Origin: a virus | Taxonomy: Duplodnaviria > Caudoviricetes | Reading direction: 5' to 3' (one strand) | IMG/VR virus record: IMGVR_UViG_3300036856_000021 | Span: 1-35,699 of that record | Length of the DNA: 35,699 nucleotides | Part shown: positions 1 through 7,694 of the stretch, in pieces | Layout: each line of letters opens with the position of its first letter | Numbering within the stretch: position 1 is the stretch's first letter | Program-made: the position numbers and the translations under genes | Notes under the pieces: generated by a model | Seen by the model: only the letters and a program-made list of their open reading frames with translations | What the model was told of the DNA's origin: nothing | The model's database searches: none

Positions 1-22
1 GCCGCTACCGGCCCTGCTCTAC

Positions 23-1576
23 CTAGCCGTTGCCGTTGGTCCTGACCAATGTCTTCACTTGACCCATGAAGTCGCCATCGTCGTCGACCAGCTTGGCGTC
101 GTGCATGGCGTTTTGCACCATGCCCTTCATGACCTGCTCGAGCAGCGGCTTACGCTCACCCTCATCAGCCACCAGCATGATCTTCAACTGCGAGTGCAAC
201 GACGTGGCCGCAACCACCAGTGCCTCGGTGTCCAAGACGTAGTCGGTACTGCCACCAGCCAGGCTGATGGCGACCGTCTTGGCGCGCTCCAGGCTCTCCC
301 GTACAAACGCCGGGTAGAAGTTGTGCACGATTTTGATGCCGTCGCCGTGGTCAACGGACACCTTCATCGCCTCAAACACCTTGTCGTAGTCGACATCGGG
401 CGCCAGCCGCTTCTTGGCCACCACCGCCTTGATGAGACGCTCAATGCCGCTGCGGTCCAGCTCGCCAATCTCGACCACCGCATCCAGCCGACCAGGACGC
501 AACATCCCCTTGTGAATGCGCTCCAGGTGGTTGGTCGTCATCACCACCACCATGTCGGCGCCCTTGGCCGTGATGCCGTCGAAGGTCTCCAACAGCTTGG
601 TCACCTCGCCGTCCTCACTGGTACTGGCGGAAATGTCGATGTCCTCCACCGCCAATACGCTGGGCGCATACAGCCGCGCCGTCCGCATGGCCTCATTAAT
701 GTCCTGGCCCACGCCCGCCTTGATGTAGGTCCAGCCGTTGTCGACCGCGATCAGTGCCGTGTTCTGCAACGCGCTGGTCTTGCCACACCCGTACGGACCG
801 TGCATCAGACCGGCGCGCTTGATCTTTACCCCTTCTGACCGCAGTTCCTTGGTGTACTTGAGGACTGACCAGATGGTTCCCTCCAGGACCTTCTGGACCT
901 CATCGGCGAAGACGACCTCATTGGGCCGGAACGTCGACAGGTCCAGAAACTCTGGGTTACCCGTCCCGATGATGGCCTTACCCCGGTAAATGGAGTGGTC
1001 CTTGAGTTGCTGGGCAACTTCTTCGAAGAACTCCTTGATCACCCTCTCGTACTTCTTGGGGTACGACGCGGTCAGTCGAAACACCAGGCCGTGCTCGCCG
1101 CTCTTGGCCTGGCCGATTTCAAACTGCGTGTTGTCCATGGCGGGGATGGACACCAGTCCCCACGGCACCTCGACCGTCTCGTGCACCGAGGTCGGCACCG
1201 AGATGGTCTCAGGTGGTTGCTTGCCGAAGAAGGTGTACTTGGCCTCTCCGAATGAGATGCCGAATTTCGCCTTCATGATCGTGGCGGTGGCTACCGCGCC
1301 GTCGTACGGGCGGTACTTGTAGGTCTTGCCGTGGGAGACCACCGTCTCGCTGTACTCTTCGACTCGCTCCAGGACGGAGTGTGCCTTCCTGAAGGACATC
1401 TCGCGCGGCAGGAGGATTTTCGGGTCGTCGTGGAACTCAACCTCATCCCCCGTCACCACCGCGCTGGCCGGAATGTCACCCGGCTCCATCTGGCTGGCCA
1501 TTGCGGAGAGAAGGGCAAGCTTGAGAAGGTCTTGGTCCACACCGTTCGCGTCCCTCTTTTGCACATCAATACTCAA
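23..1576 (-). CDS. Classic-clade AAA+ ATPase with a long N-terminal domain
   Basis: Walker A GPYGCGKT, Walker B VLAVEDID, and sensor 1/second region of homology MTTNHLERIHKGMLRPGRLD. Start moved to TTG at 1576, after GAGGAG, because the ORF-track start at 1642 lies inside a promoter motif. Confidence 0.9.
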   Translation of the reverse strand: MSIDVQKRDANGVDQDLLKLALLSAMASQMEPGDIPASAVVTGDEVEFHDDPKILLPREMSFRKAHSVLERVEEYSETVVSHGKTYKYRPYDGAVATATIMKAKFGISFGEAKYTFFGKQPPETISVPTSVHETVEVPWGLVSIPAMDNTQFEIGQAKSGEHGLVFRLTASYPKKYERVIKEFFEEVAQQLKDHSIYRGKAIIGTGNPEFLDLSTFRPNEVVFADEVQKVLEGTIWSVLKYTKELRSEGVKIKRAGLMHGPYGCGKTSALQNTALIAVDNGWTYIKAGVGQDINEAMRTARLYAPSVLAVEDIDISASTSEDGEVTKLLETFDGITAKGADMVVVMTTNHLERIHKGMLRPGRLDAVVEIGELDRSGIERLIKAVVAKKRLAPDVDYDKVFEAMKVSVDHGDGIKIVHNFYPAFVRESLERAKTVAISLAGGSTDYVLDTEALVVAATSLHSQLKIMLVADEGERKPLLEQVMKGMVQNAMHDAKLVDDDGDFMGQVKTLVRTNGNG

Positions 1577-1619
1577 ATTTCGCTCCTCTGTCTGGGGCGA
1601 CCGTTTGCCGCCGTGTCCA

Positions 1620-1645
1620 ATTATACGCCACTGGCCTGGCACATC
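1620..1645 (-). promoter_or_regulatory. Leftward promoter, copy 1 of shared motif
   Basis: Minus strand reads GATGTGCCAG-GCCA-GTGGCG-TATAAT. It is intergenic, upstream of the AAA gene, and 22/26 identical to 7668-7693. Confidence 0.75.
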
Positions 1646-1663
1646 AGTAGTCGGGCTTTGAAG

Positions 1664-1822
1664 TTATACGCGCCCCTGAAGGTGCACATCTACCTCGTGC
1701 TCTTTGTGGCTCTTCAGCCACTCATCCCGCTCTTGTTGAGTAGCGAAGATTTGGAACTCATTAGGACACTCCAGGCATTCAGCGGCGAAGTCGTAGATGC
1801 GACCCCTGATGACAACAGGCAT
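1664..1822 (-). CDS. Small putative zinc-finger protein (52 aa)
   Basis: Read manually: MPVVIRGRIYDFAAECLECPNEFQIFATQQERDEWLKSHKEHEVDVHLQGRV. Has CxxC...HxxH. The ATG overlaps the upstream stop (TAATG). Confidence 0.7.
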   Translation of the reverse strand: MPVVIRGRIYDFAAECLECPNEFQIFATQQERDEWLKSHKEHEVDVHLQGRV

Positions 1823-2796
1823 TACTCCCTTTCTGAGCCGGCGCAGATGACGGCTGAGGTGTCGTCGCTGTACTTGTACTTCTCGTCATAGGCCCCGATG
1901 ATGCGCATCTCCCGCATCCGCTGGGTAATAGGCAAGCCGTGCCAGACATAGTCGCAGTACGGACACTGCGCCTGGTTGATGTTGTGGTCGTAACCACTGG
2001 ACTCCTGGGTTAACTGGCCGTCCACCAGCGCGGAAATCTCATCCACGATGTCGCGCGCGGGCTCCCCGCCCAATTCCACACCCGGCTCAGGCTCCCACGT
2101 CTTGCGCCGGAATTGTCCTATCGTCATGACCTCGTCCAGCAGGACAGGTGCAGCGGTGAACCCGCGGCGGCCCAAGCGAGAGGGGTCTACGCGGGGCAGG
2201 TCAACGTAGGTGGGACGCCACTGGTATGGCAGTGGTACGGGCGGGTCGCCCGGGGCGATGATCCAGTGAAAGGATGGATTAGCGCCCGGTTGCACGGTAG
2301 CGAGCGCTAGACCTGCTGGACCGGTGAAGCAGAATGCCCGATCAGGAAGAATGAGATTCTGCCGCAAGGACACCGCTGTGTAGTTCAGGTCAGTAGCCGC
2401 GCTCAGCGGCGAGCCTCCGAACGGGAATGCGACGGTGAGGGGCCCGTGCCCTCGGTCTCCAAACCCGAGCAGGCTGAAATCGGAGGGGTTGAGCTCTAGC
2501 CCACTGGGGAAAGAGCTCACCTGGGTGTGATAATCCCACGCGGCGGCGATGACGGCGCTGGTCAGATAGCGGGTGCTGTAGGGGTACTCGACCCGAAACT
2601 GACCCTGTGTGATAGATCGGTCCTCATAGATCGGCACACCGAAGATGCGGGGATGGTAGCCACCTACGCCCCACTCCGTCAGGTCCATCGTTACTCGCAT
2701 CCAATCAACGGGATGCAGGTAGACGGCCTGTGGAAATTCGTGATTGCGGTAGTTGGCATCCCGAATAGCCACAACGATATCGTCAACGAAGGGCAC
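1822..2796 (-). CDS. Hypothetical protein with two HK97 capsid A-domain-like motifs and a C-terminal CxxC/His motif
   Basis: 324-aa ORF in the operon. Contains DDIVVAI...FPQAVYLHPVDW...RIFGVPIYED, a second copy SAVIAAA...FPSGLELNPSDF, and C-terminal CPYCDYVWHG. Confidence 0.6.
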   Translation of the reverse strand: MPFVDDIVVAIRDANYRNHEFPQAVYLHPVDWMRVTMDLTEWGVGGYHPRIFGVPIYEDRSITQGQFRVEYPYSTRYLTSAVIAAAWDYHTQVSSFPSGLELNPSDFSLLGFGDRGHGPLTVAFPFGGSPLSAATDLNYTAVSLRQNLILPDRAFCFTGPAGLALATVQPGANPSFHWIIAPGDPPVPLPYQWRPTYVDLPRVDPSRLGRRGFTAAPVLLDEVMTIGQFRRKTWEPEPGVELGGEPARDIVDEISALVDGQLTQESSGYDHNINQAQCPYCDYVWHGLPITQRMREMRIIGAYDEKYKYSDDTSAVICAGSERE

Positions 2797-2835
2797 TGGG
2801 GTCCCGCACTACGCTGGTGTCGTAACCTTCCTGCA

Positions 2836-3654
2836 CTAGCCGCTCCAGTGCAGGAATACCGACCCGTCCTTGCGGATCAGGTCAATGGCCTCATCACAAA
2901 ACTCAGCGGTAATCTCCGCACTCTGACTGTAGCTGTCCTTGGCTTCCTGGCTCAGCCGGTAGACAAAGAGGGCTGATGCTTTCCCGAAGCGCTGACCCGT
3001 GGTGATGGCCAGGACGTCCAGCCCGGTTTCAAAACCCAGGACGTGCCCCTTGGCGTTGCTGTAGCCGTGGTCCAGGTGGGTCCTATCAGGATGCTCCTTC
3101 TTCAGTTCCTCCCGGCGCGCCACCTCCTCCCGGTACCACTCCAGTACCTCTTCGGGCGTCGGGGGTGCGTGCCACATATGCTCGGCGGGGCCGACGAAAC
3201 AGTCGGCATCACTGACCCGCAGGGGGTCGCTGGCCTTGATCTCCTCAGCCACCTGTAGCGCGCGCTGTTTGGCCTCCTCGAAAAGCGGGATGCTGGCCTC
3301 AGTCAGTTCGGTCTGATACTCATCCTCTGATCGAAGGTTTTCAAAAATCCAGTACAGGTCGTGGTCCTTGCCGATCATGTCGGGGACGGCGCGGTTGAAC
3401 CCACCTTCGTTATAACTGCTGCGCAGGTAGCGGCGGTTGAACAGGTGGTCGGGGTACTGCAGGCTGGGCGGTCTGGTCGAGAAGGAGTATTTCGGCAATG
3501 CTTCACGCGCCGCGACCTTCTCTTCCTCGGTGAATTCCGCGCGTAGGTTGCCATCACCGTCGTGGTACTTGCTGTACCACTCCTCCCACGCCTTTTCCCG
3601 CGCGTTATCAATCTCCTGGTCTTCCTTGGTGTCCAGGTAGACATCTAGTCCCAT
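2836..3654 (-). CDS. Hypothetical acidic phage protein
   Basis: 272-aa ORF with a GGAGG RBS. The MGLDVYL start and terminal HWSG resemble uncharacterised phage proteins. Confidence 0.75.
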   Translation of the reverse strand: MGLDVYLDTKEDQEIDNAREKAWEEWYSKYHDGDGNLRAEFTEEEKVAAREALPKYSFSTRPPSLQYPDHLFNRRYLRSSYNEGGFNRAVPDMIGKDHDLYWIFENLRSEDEYQTELTEASIPLFEEAKQRALQVAEEIKASDPLRVSDADCFVGPAEHMWHAPPTPEEVLEWYREEVARREELKKEHPDRTHLDHGYSNAKGHVLGFETGLDVLAITTGQRFGKASALFVYRLSQEAKDSYSQSAEITAEFCDEAIDLIRKDGSVFLHWSG

Positions 3655-3672
3655 CAGTCCTCCATTCGTTCA

Positions 3673-4380
3673 CTAATCCTCTTTTTCCAGGGACGTGTAC
3701 CTGGTCATCCACCACACTGTCGGCGGGTGGTCCAGGCGCTTCCACCAGCCGGGTTCGATGATGTCAAGGATGGCGCAGCATAAACTCTGCTCACCGACGC
3801 CATGGGCGTGACGGTGAGGTCCTGTCAGTACCCCCCGGCACTTAGCCTCGATCTTCTTCAGCGCATCACCCGTGGGGGCGGCCATGGGCGAAATAGCGCC
3901 GCGCCTACGCCGCTCACCATCAGAGGGGCCAGCCTTTAGCGCGACGTATGCCTTCGCGTACTTCTGCGTCAGTCGCTCCCGCTTGTCCTCGGGGTAGGGC
4001 CGCGTCGGGTCGGTATTGTCGGCCAGGTCAGCGAGCTTGACTTCGCGCGCCAAGACGGCGATGGGGTCCTCTTCCATCATCCGCCCGTAATAGTCCGCAT
4101 TGGGTTCGTGCATACGTTTGGTCAGCAACACCACGGTGCACACCACAATCCCCGGGACGCCCTGGTCCAGCAGGTGCGCGGCGGTGATGGGATGTAGGGA
4201 ATCCGCCGTGTCTTCAATGACGTCATGCAACAACGCCGCCATCCTGACCCAAGGGGCATCAGGGTCCACATACTGCGCCACCCTGCGCACATGTTCGATA
4301 TACGGCTTGCCCTGGTAGTCGACCTGTCCCGCGTGTGCCTGTTCGGCAATACGCTCACATAGCTCGATGCTCAATGACAT
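3673..4380 (-). CDS. RelA/SpoT-type HD-domain phosphohydrolase (small alarmone hydrolase/Mesh1-like)
   Basis: Motifs AHAGQVD..GKPYIEH, AALLHDVIEDT and VKLADLADN match the HD domain of RelA/SpoT homologues. No synthetase domain. Confidence 0.8.
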   Translation of the reverse strand: MSLSIELCERIAEQAHAGQVDYQGKPYIEHVRRVAQYVDPDAPWVRMAALLHDVIEDTADSLHPITAAHLLDQGVPGIVVCTVVLLTKRMHEPNADYYGRMMEEDPIAVLAREVKLADLADNTDPTRPYPEDKRERLTQKYAKAYVALKAGPSDGERRRRGAISPMAAPTGDALKKIEAKCRGVLTGPHRHAHGVGEQSLCCAILDIIEPGWWKRLDHPPTVWWMTRYTSLEKED

Positions 4381-4393
4381 TCCCTCTTGTAGG

Positions 4394-4437
4394 CTGGGGG
4401 GCGGGCGACCAGGAGCGCATTCCTACCCGCCCCCCAG
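4394..4437. repeat. Perfect 12-bp GC-rich inverted repeat (hairpin)
   Basis: CTGGGGGGCGGG (4394-4405) pairs with CCCGCCCCCCAG (4426-4437). Intergenic, with no U-tract on either side. Confidence 0.8.
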
Positions 4438-4443
4438 GGCTTA

Positions 4444-4593
4444 CTAGTCGGCGTAGCCTTCGCGAGTCCAAGCCTTCGGCTCGTACTTCGGCTCGCTGGT
4501 CTCGTCGACCGTGATCTCGTCGATCTCCTTCGCGATGTCTGCTACCACATCGTCGCTGGCGATCACCTTCTCTGCGACCATCACTGCGCTCAT
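4444..4593 (-). CDS. Small acidic hypothetical protein (49 aa)
   Basis: MSAVMVAEKVIASDDVVADIAKEIDE...; purine-rich RBS and ATGA overlap with the upstream stop. Confidence 0.7.
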   Translation of the reverse strand: MSAVMVAEKVIASDDVVADIAKEIDEITVDETSEPKYEPKAWTREGYAD

Positions 4594-5438
4594 CTCCCCT
4601 CCTTTCCTACTATCGGAACAGTGTTGCGGGTCAGCCACCACCAGCTCATTTGGTCGCCCAGGGGGCGGTCGCGGTGGTCTCCTTCGACGCGGCCACCACG
4701 CAGTAGCCATGGACTGTGGATGAGACGGCCCTTGGCCAGCATCATGTTGTTATGTAGGCGGGCCAATTCAGGTGCTGTATGCGCCGTACCGTAAATCCTG
4801 AAGTGTGCGCCTTTATAGAAACTGGCGCCCATTTTTCGCAGGTCAGCCTCGGTCAGCGAGGAGTGAATGGCGAAGATGTCACCCTGGCGCTCCACTGCCG
4901 TCCCCCGCTGCAGGGCTCGCTTGACGCTGGCGGGCTTCAGTGACTCTCGCGCCAGGTCGACCAGCGAGGTGTCACCCCTCTTCCTGAGAGGCTTGGGAAG
5001 CTGGCACAGAAAGTACAGCGGCGGCTTCTCCTGGTCGTCATAGCCGGAGAGGAACCATTCATTCCTCCTGCCCCATTCGACGGTGAATACGCACTCGAAC
5101 TTCTCGTTGACCTCTCTCAGCTGTGCGGGCTTACCTTGGGCGGCTTTAAGGAAGGCGTCCACCGACGCGGGAATAAGAGGGGTGTGGGTCTCTGCTGCGG
5201 CGCGCAGTGCGGCGCGGCGTAAGGTGAAGGCTGTGTGTTGACCGATGTCTGGACGGTCCATGCTGAGCAGCAGTATCGTGCGGTCGTCGTAGACGAGTCG
5301 CCGTACTATTGGCCAGCCGCCACAGAAGACAGCGCGACTGTCGAAGGCTTGTAGGCGCTCAGTGTGCAATTTGCCAGCGTTTGGTTCCTTGAACCAGGCG
5401 AGAAACAATGCTAGGTCGTCGTTGCCATAATGCGTCAT
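4590..5438 (-). CDS. Hypothetical protein with a C-terminal RQGD/His-rich motif
   Basis: Long ORF with ATG at 5438 after GGAGGTG. Contains VERQGDIFAI...GTAH...LIH...DH. First gene after a promoter motif. Confidence 0.75.
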   Translation of the reverse strand: MTHYGNDDLALFLAWFKEPNAGKLHTERLQAFDSRAVFCGGWPIVRRLVYDDRTILLLSMDRPDIGQHTAFTLRRAALRAAAETHTPLIPASVDAFLKAAQGKPAQLREVNEKFECVFTVEWGRRNEWFLSGYDDQEKPPLYFLCQLPKPLRKRGDTSLVDLARESLKPASVKRALQRGTAVERQGDIFAIHSSLTEADLRKMGASFYKGAHFRIYGTAHTAPELARLHNNMMLAKGRLIHSPWLLRGGRVEGDHRDRPLGDQMSWWWLTRNTVPIVGKEGR

Positions 5439-5480
5439 CCCCACCTCCCGCGGCCGACCCGTTGCCAGCGCGCTACCTAA

Positions 5481-5506
5481 ATTATACGCCAGCGCAATGG
5501 CTTTAC
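5481..5506 (-). promoter_or_regulatory. Leftward promoter, copy 2, embedded in three GCCAGCGC direct repeats
   Basis: Minus strand reads GTAAAGCCAT-TGCG-CTGGCG-TATAAT in an intergenic gap. GCCAGCGC occurs at 5464, 5488 and 5511. Confidence 0.7.
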
Positions 5507-5534
5507 ATATGCCAGCGCGCTGGTTAATTCCTGC

Positions 5535-5882
5535 CTAATCAGGCCAGTGTGCCCACCAGGCGTTCTGCTCAAAGTCGTACCGATCAATCAGGTAGATGAT
5601 GTCCTGTTCAAGGAACTCGAATTTCAGCACAGCGCCTTTGAAGCAGAATGGTCCCGGTGCCCCGCAGTGGTCTTCGCCGGCATGGGTGACACAGCCGTGT
5701 TCCACCAGCATCTCCATACTGCGGGTGAGTGAAATGTCAGGGTGGGGCTCAGCTGGAGGCAGGGGTCCTACCACCAGGTCGACGAGCAACTCATCGCTAA
5801 TGAGGATATGGGGGTCGGCTTGCACCACGCTAAGACGACGCGCACCGTCAAATACCGTCCACTCCAGCTTCCCGGCTTCCAT
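5535..5882 (-). CDS. Hypothetical protein
   Basis: ORF in the operon; the ATG at 5882 overlaps the upstream stop (TGATG). Confidence 0.7.
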   Translation of the reverse strand: MEAGKLEWTVFDGARRLSVVQADPHILISDELLVDLVVGPLPPAEPHPDISLTRSMEMLVEHGCVTHAGEDHCGAPGPFCFKGAVLKFEFLEQDIIYLIDRYDFEQNAWWAHWPD

Positions 5883-6133
5883 CAGCGCAGTCGATTCACC
5901 GCCGTGCACAGCAGGTGTATCACGTCATCGCGCGACACTTCCTCGGGCGGGAAGGTCTCCTTCATCAGCGCCGCCAGGGACACTTTGATCTCGAGGTTGG
6001 AGAAGCCGGGATTGTCCCGGGCGATTGCCTGCGCTGCTCTAATGATGTAGTCGAGCATTTCGGAAAACATCGCAGCCCCCTGCTCGGCCTTGGCCACTAG
6101 GCCGGGGTACCACGGTTCGTCTTTCAGGCTCAC
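5882..6133 (-). CDS. Hypothetical protein (83 aa)
   Basis: Coupled by overlaps to both neighbours. Confidence 0.7.
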   Translation of the reverse strand: MSLKDEPWYPGLVAKAEQGAAMFSEMLDYIIRAAQAIARDNPGFSNLEIKVSLAALMKETFPPEEVSRDDVIHLLCTAVNRLR

Positions 6134-6357
6134 AGTTCAGAACGGGGGATGAAGCGCATGTCGCGCCCATAGCCGGGCAGTGGGGGCACCTTGGCGTAGA
6201 ACGCCTCGATGTCCAAGTCGGTCTGCGGGCTGTCCACGATCATGTGGAATTCCTCATCGGGCTGCTTGGCTTCAATCCGCTGCATCAACTGGACCAGGTC
6301 CAGCAGGTCGTCATCACTCAGCGGACCCTTGATCATGATGGTACGCATCAGTGTCAT
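6130..6357 (-). CDS. Hypothetical protein (75 aa)
   Basis: GAGGGAG RBS; 4-nt overlap with the next gene. Confidence 0.7.
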   Translation of the reverse strand: MTLMRTIMIKGPLSDDDLLDLVQLMQRIEAKQPDEEFHMIVDSPQTDLDIEAFYAKVPPLPGYGRDMRFIPRSEL

Positions 6358-6628
6358 CTCCCTCCCTCAGCTGGAAGCCCGGTTTCAGGGGATAGCCCCA
6401 GCTACACAGTCGGTCGTGGGCTGCCTCGACGTGGTGCCACTTGGTCTTGCGGCTGACATCCTTGCGGTTGACGTAACGACAGACAGGCAGTCCGCACAGG
6501 CCGCAGGGTATTTTCGGCGCAGTGATGATCCGGTCAATCGTCTCGTCCAGCTTCTTGCGTGCGGCGCCAACCGCCGGGTCGGTACGCTCCAACTCGCGCA
6601 ACTCCTTCTCGAGACCTCGTAGCTTCAT
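6314..6628 (-). CDS. Hypothetical protein with coiled N-terminus and CxxC...WxH...C motif
   Basis: ATG at 6628 overlaps the upstream stop (ATGA). Contains CGLCGLP...KWHH...HDRLC. Confidence 0.65.
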   Translation of the reverse strand: MKLRGLEKELRELERTDPAVGAARKKLDETIDRIITAPKIPCGLCGLPVCRYVNRKDVSRKTKWHHVEAAHDRLCSWGYPLKPGFQLREGDDTDAYHHDQGSAE

Positions 6629-6915
6629 TGCTGACTCCGCCAGTCTGGGTTCCACCGGGTGGGCACTTCGTCGATAAACGCGGACAGCCGGTCACGAATG
6701 GCAATGGCCTCATCCAGGCTCAGGTGCGCCGACATGCTCTTGCCGACGTGCTGACTCACCTTGGCGTCACCGTCGTCATAGACGCGCAACCAGCAGTGTG
6801 GCCCCTTGGCGATAGAGGATTCAAAAACCTCTACCTTCTCACCATAGGACGTCAGGACGGGCGCGCCGTACTGGTGAAAGCCGCGGTCGTTGCGCTCGGT
6901 GATCTCAATCGTCAC
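6625..6915 (-). CDS. Hypothetical phage protein (96 aa)
   Basis: Coupled ORF with RGF...ESS...HCWL...AHLSLDEA, a pattern typical of small uncharacterised phage proteins. Confidence 0.75.
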   Translation of the reverse strand: MTIEITERNDRGFHQYGAPVLTSYGEKVEVFESSIAKGPHCWLRVYDDGDAKVSQHVGKSMSAHLSLDEAIAIRDRLSAFIDEVPTRWNPDWRSQQ

Positions 6916-7223
6916 TTGGGCCTCACCTGGTCGATGGCGGCCTTCAAACGCTCCTGAAAGCCCGGGTCGTTGATGTCACCCTCCAGGACGACGTCCGCCA
7001 CCTTGGCCATCTTGTCGGAGATTGTCGTCCCCGTTGGCACGATGGCGATAATGGGCTTGTCCATCAGGATCATGAACCCTAACTCCACGGCCACCTTGAC
7101 GTCGGGAGTCTTGGGAACGATGGACATGGTGATGGCTGAATCCGCGATCATTGGGACAAGCTCTCGGGTCACACGCTCGGCGTATTCCATCCACTCGTCG
7201 CTGTTGAACGGGTCATCTGCCAT
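6912..7223 (-). CDS. Nucleoside 2-deoxyribosyltransferase (NDT)-like small protein
   Basis: MIADSAITMSIV..PDVKVAVELGFMILMDKPIIAIV resembles the NDT-family E-L-G-x-A-x-x-x-x-K-P motif. Confidence 0.5.
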   Translation of the reverse strand: MADDPFNSDEWMEYAERVTRELVPMIADSAITMSIVPKTPDVKVAVELGFMILMDKPIIAIVPTGTTISDKMAKVADVVLEGDINDPGFQERLKAAIDQVRPK

Positions 7224-7476
7224 CCCATGCCTCCTTCTTGTAGCCCACCGGCTTGTCGTCTACCTCGGGGTCCCAGGCGAGTGCGGCCAGGATGGCGGCA
7301 CCACCTTTGTCGTAGCACCACCCGGCGTCATGGTGCGGTAGGTGCTCGCGCCAGTGAAACAGCACGCGGTCGTTGAAGATCATCGGGGTTACCGACACCA
7401 GCCACTTATCCGTCTCTTTGACCACGACGCCGCCCAGCGCCTTGTCCCACATCGGGTTCCTGGCGTCCAGAATCAT
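7213..7476 (-). CDS. Hypothetical phage protein (87 aa)
   Basis: Coupled ORF containing PMIFNDR...GWCY...AWDP...PVGY. Confidence 0.75.
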   Translation of the reverse strand: MILDARNPMWDKALGGVVVKETDKWLVSVTPMIFNDRVLFHWREHLPHHDAGWCYDKGGAAILAALAWDPEVDDKPVGYKKEAWDGR

Positions 7477-7661
7477 TCTTCCTGCTGCTCCTTGTACTGC
7501 TGTGCCTCGCGTAGGAACCGCTTGGCCACTTCCATCGGGTCCACGACGCCCGTGTAGTCATGGCAGTTGCCGCAATAACCCATCTCCACGTCAGTAGGGT
7601 GATGGCTCGTCATCTTGCACTTGGGACAGGTGATTGACGGCGCGGGGTCCAGGTAGCTCAC
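7473..7661 (-). CDS. Small zinc-finger protein
   Basis: Contains CPKC...YCGNCH. Start moved to GTG at 7661 because 7679 lies inside the promoter motif. Confidence 0.7.
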   Translation of the reverse strand: MSYLDPAPSITCPKCKMTSHHPTDVEMGYCGNCHDYTGVVDPMEVAKRFLREAQQYKEQQEE

Positions 7662-7667
7662 TGCCTT

Positions 7668-7693
7668 ATTATACGCCACACCACTGGCACATC
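7668..7693 (-). promoter_or_regulatory. Leftward promoter, copy 3
   Basis: Minus strand reads GATGTGCCAG-TGGT-GTGGCG-TATAAT, immediately after the stop of the PurA-like gene. Confidence 0.75.
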
Positions 7694-7694
7694 G

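Noticed and set aside
1663-1670. Fifth copy of the promoter motif (GCGTATAAC on the minus strand)
   Set aside because: It is the last codons and TAA stop of the 52-aa ORF, has an imperfect -10 and lacks GCCA at the conserved offset.
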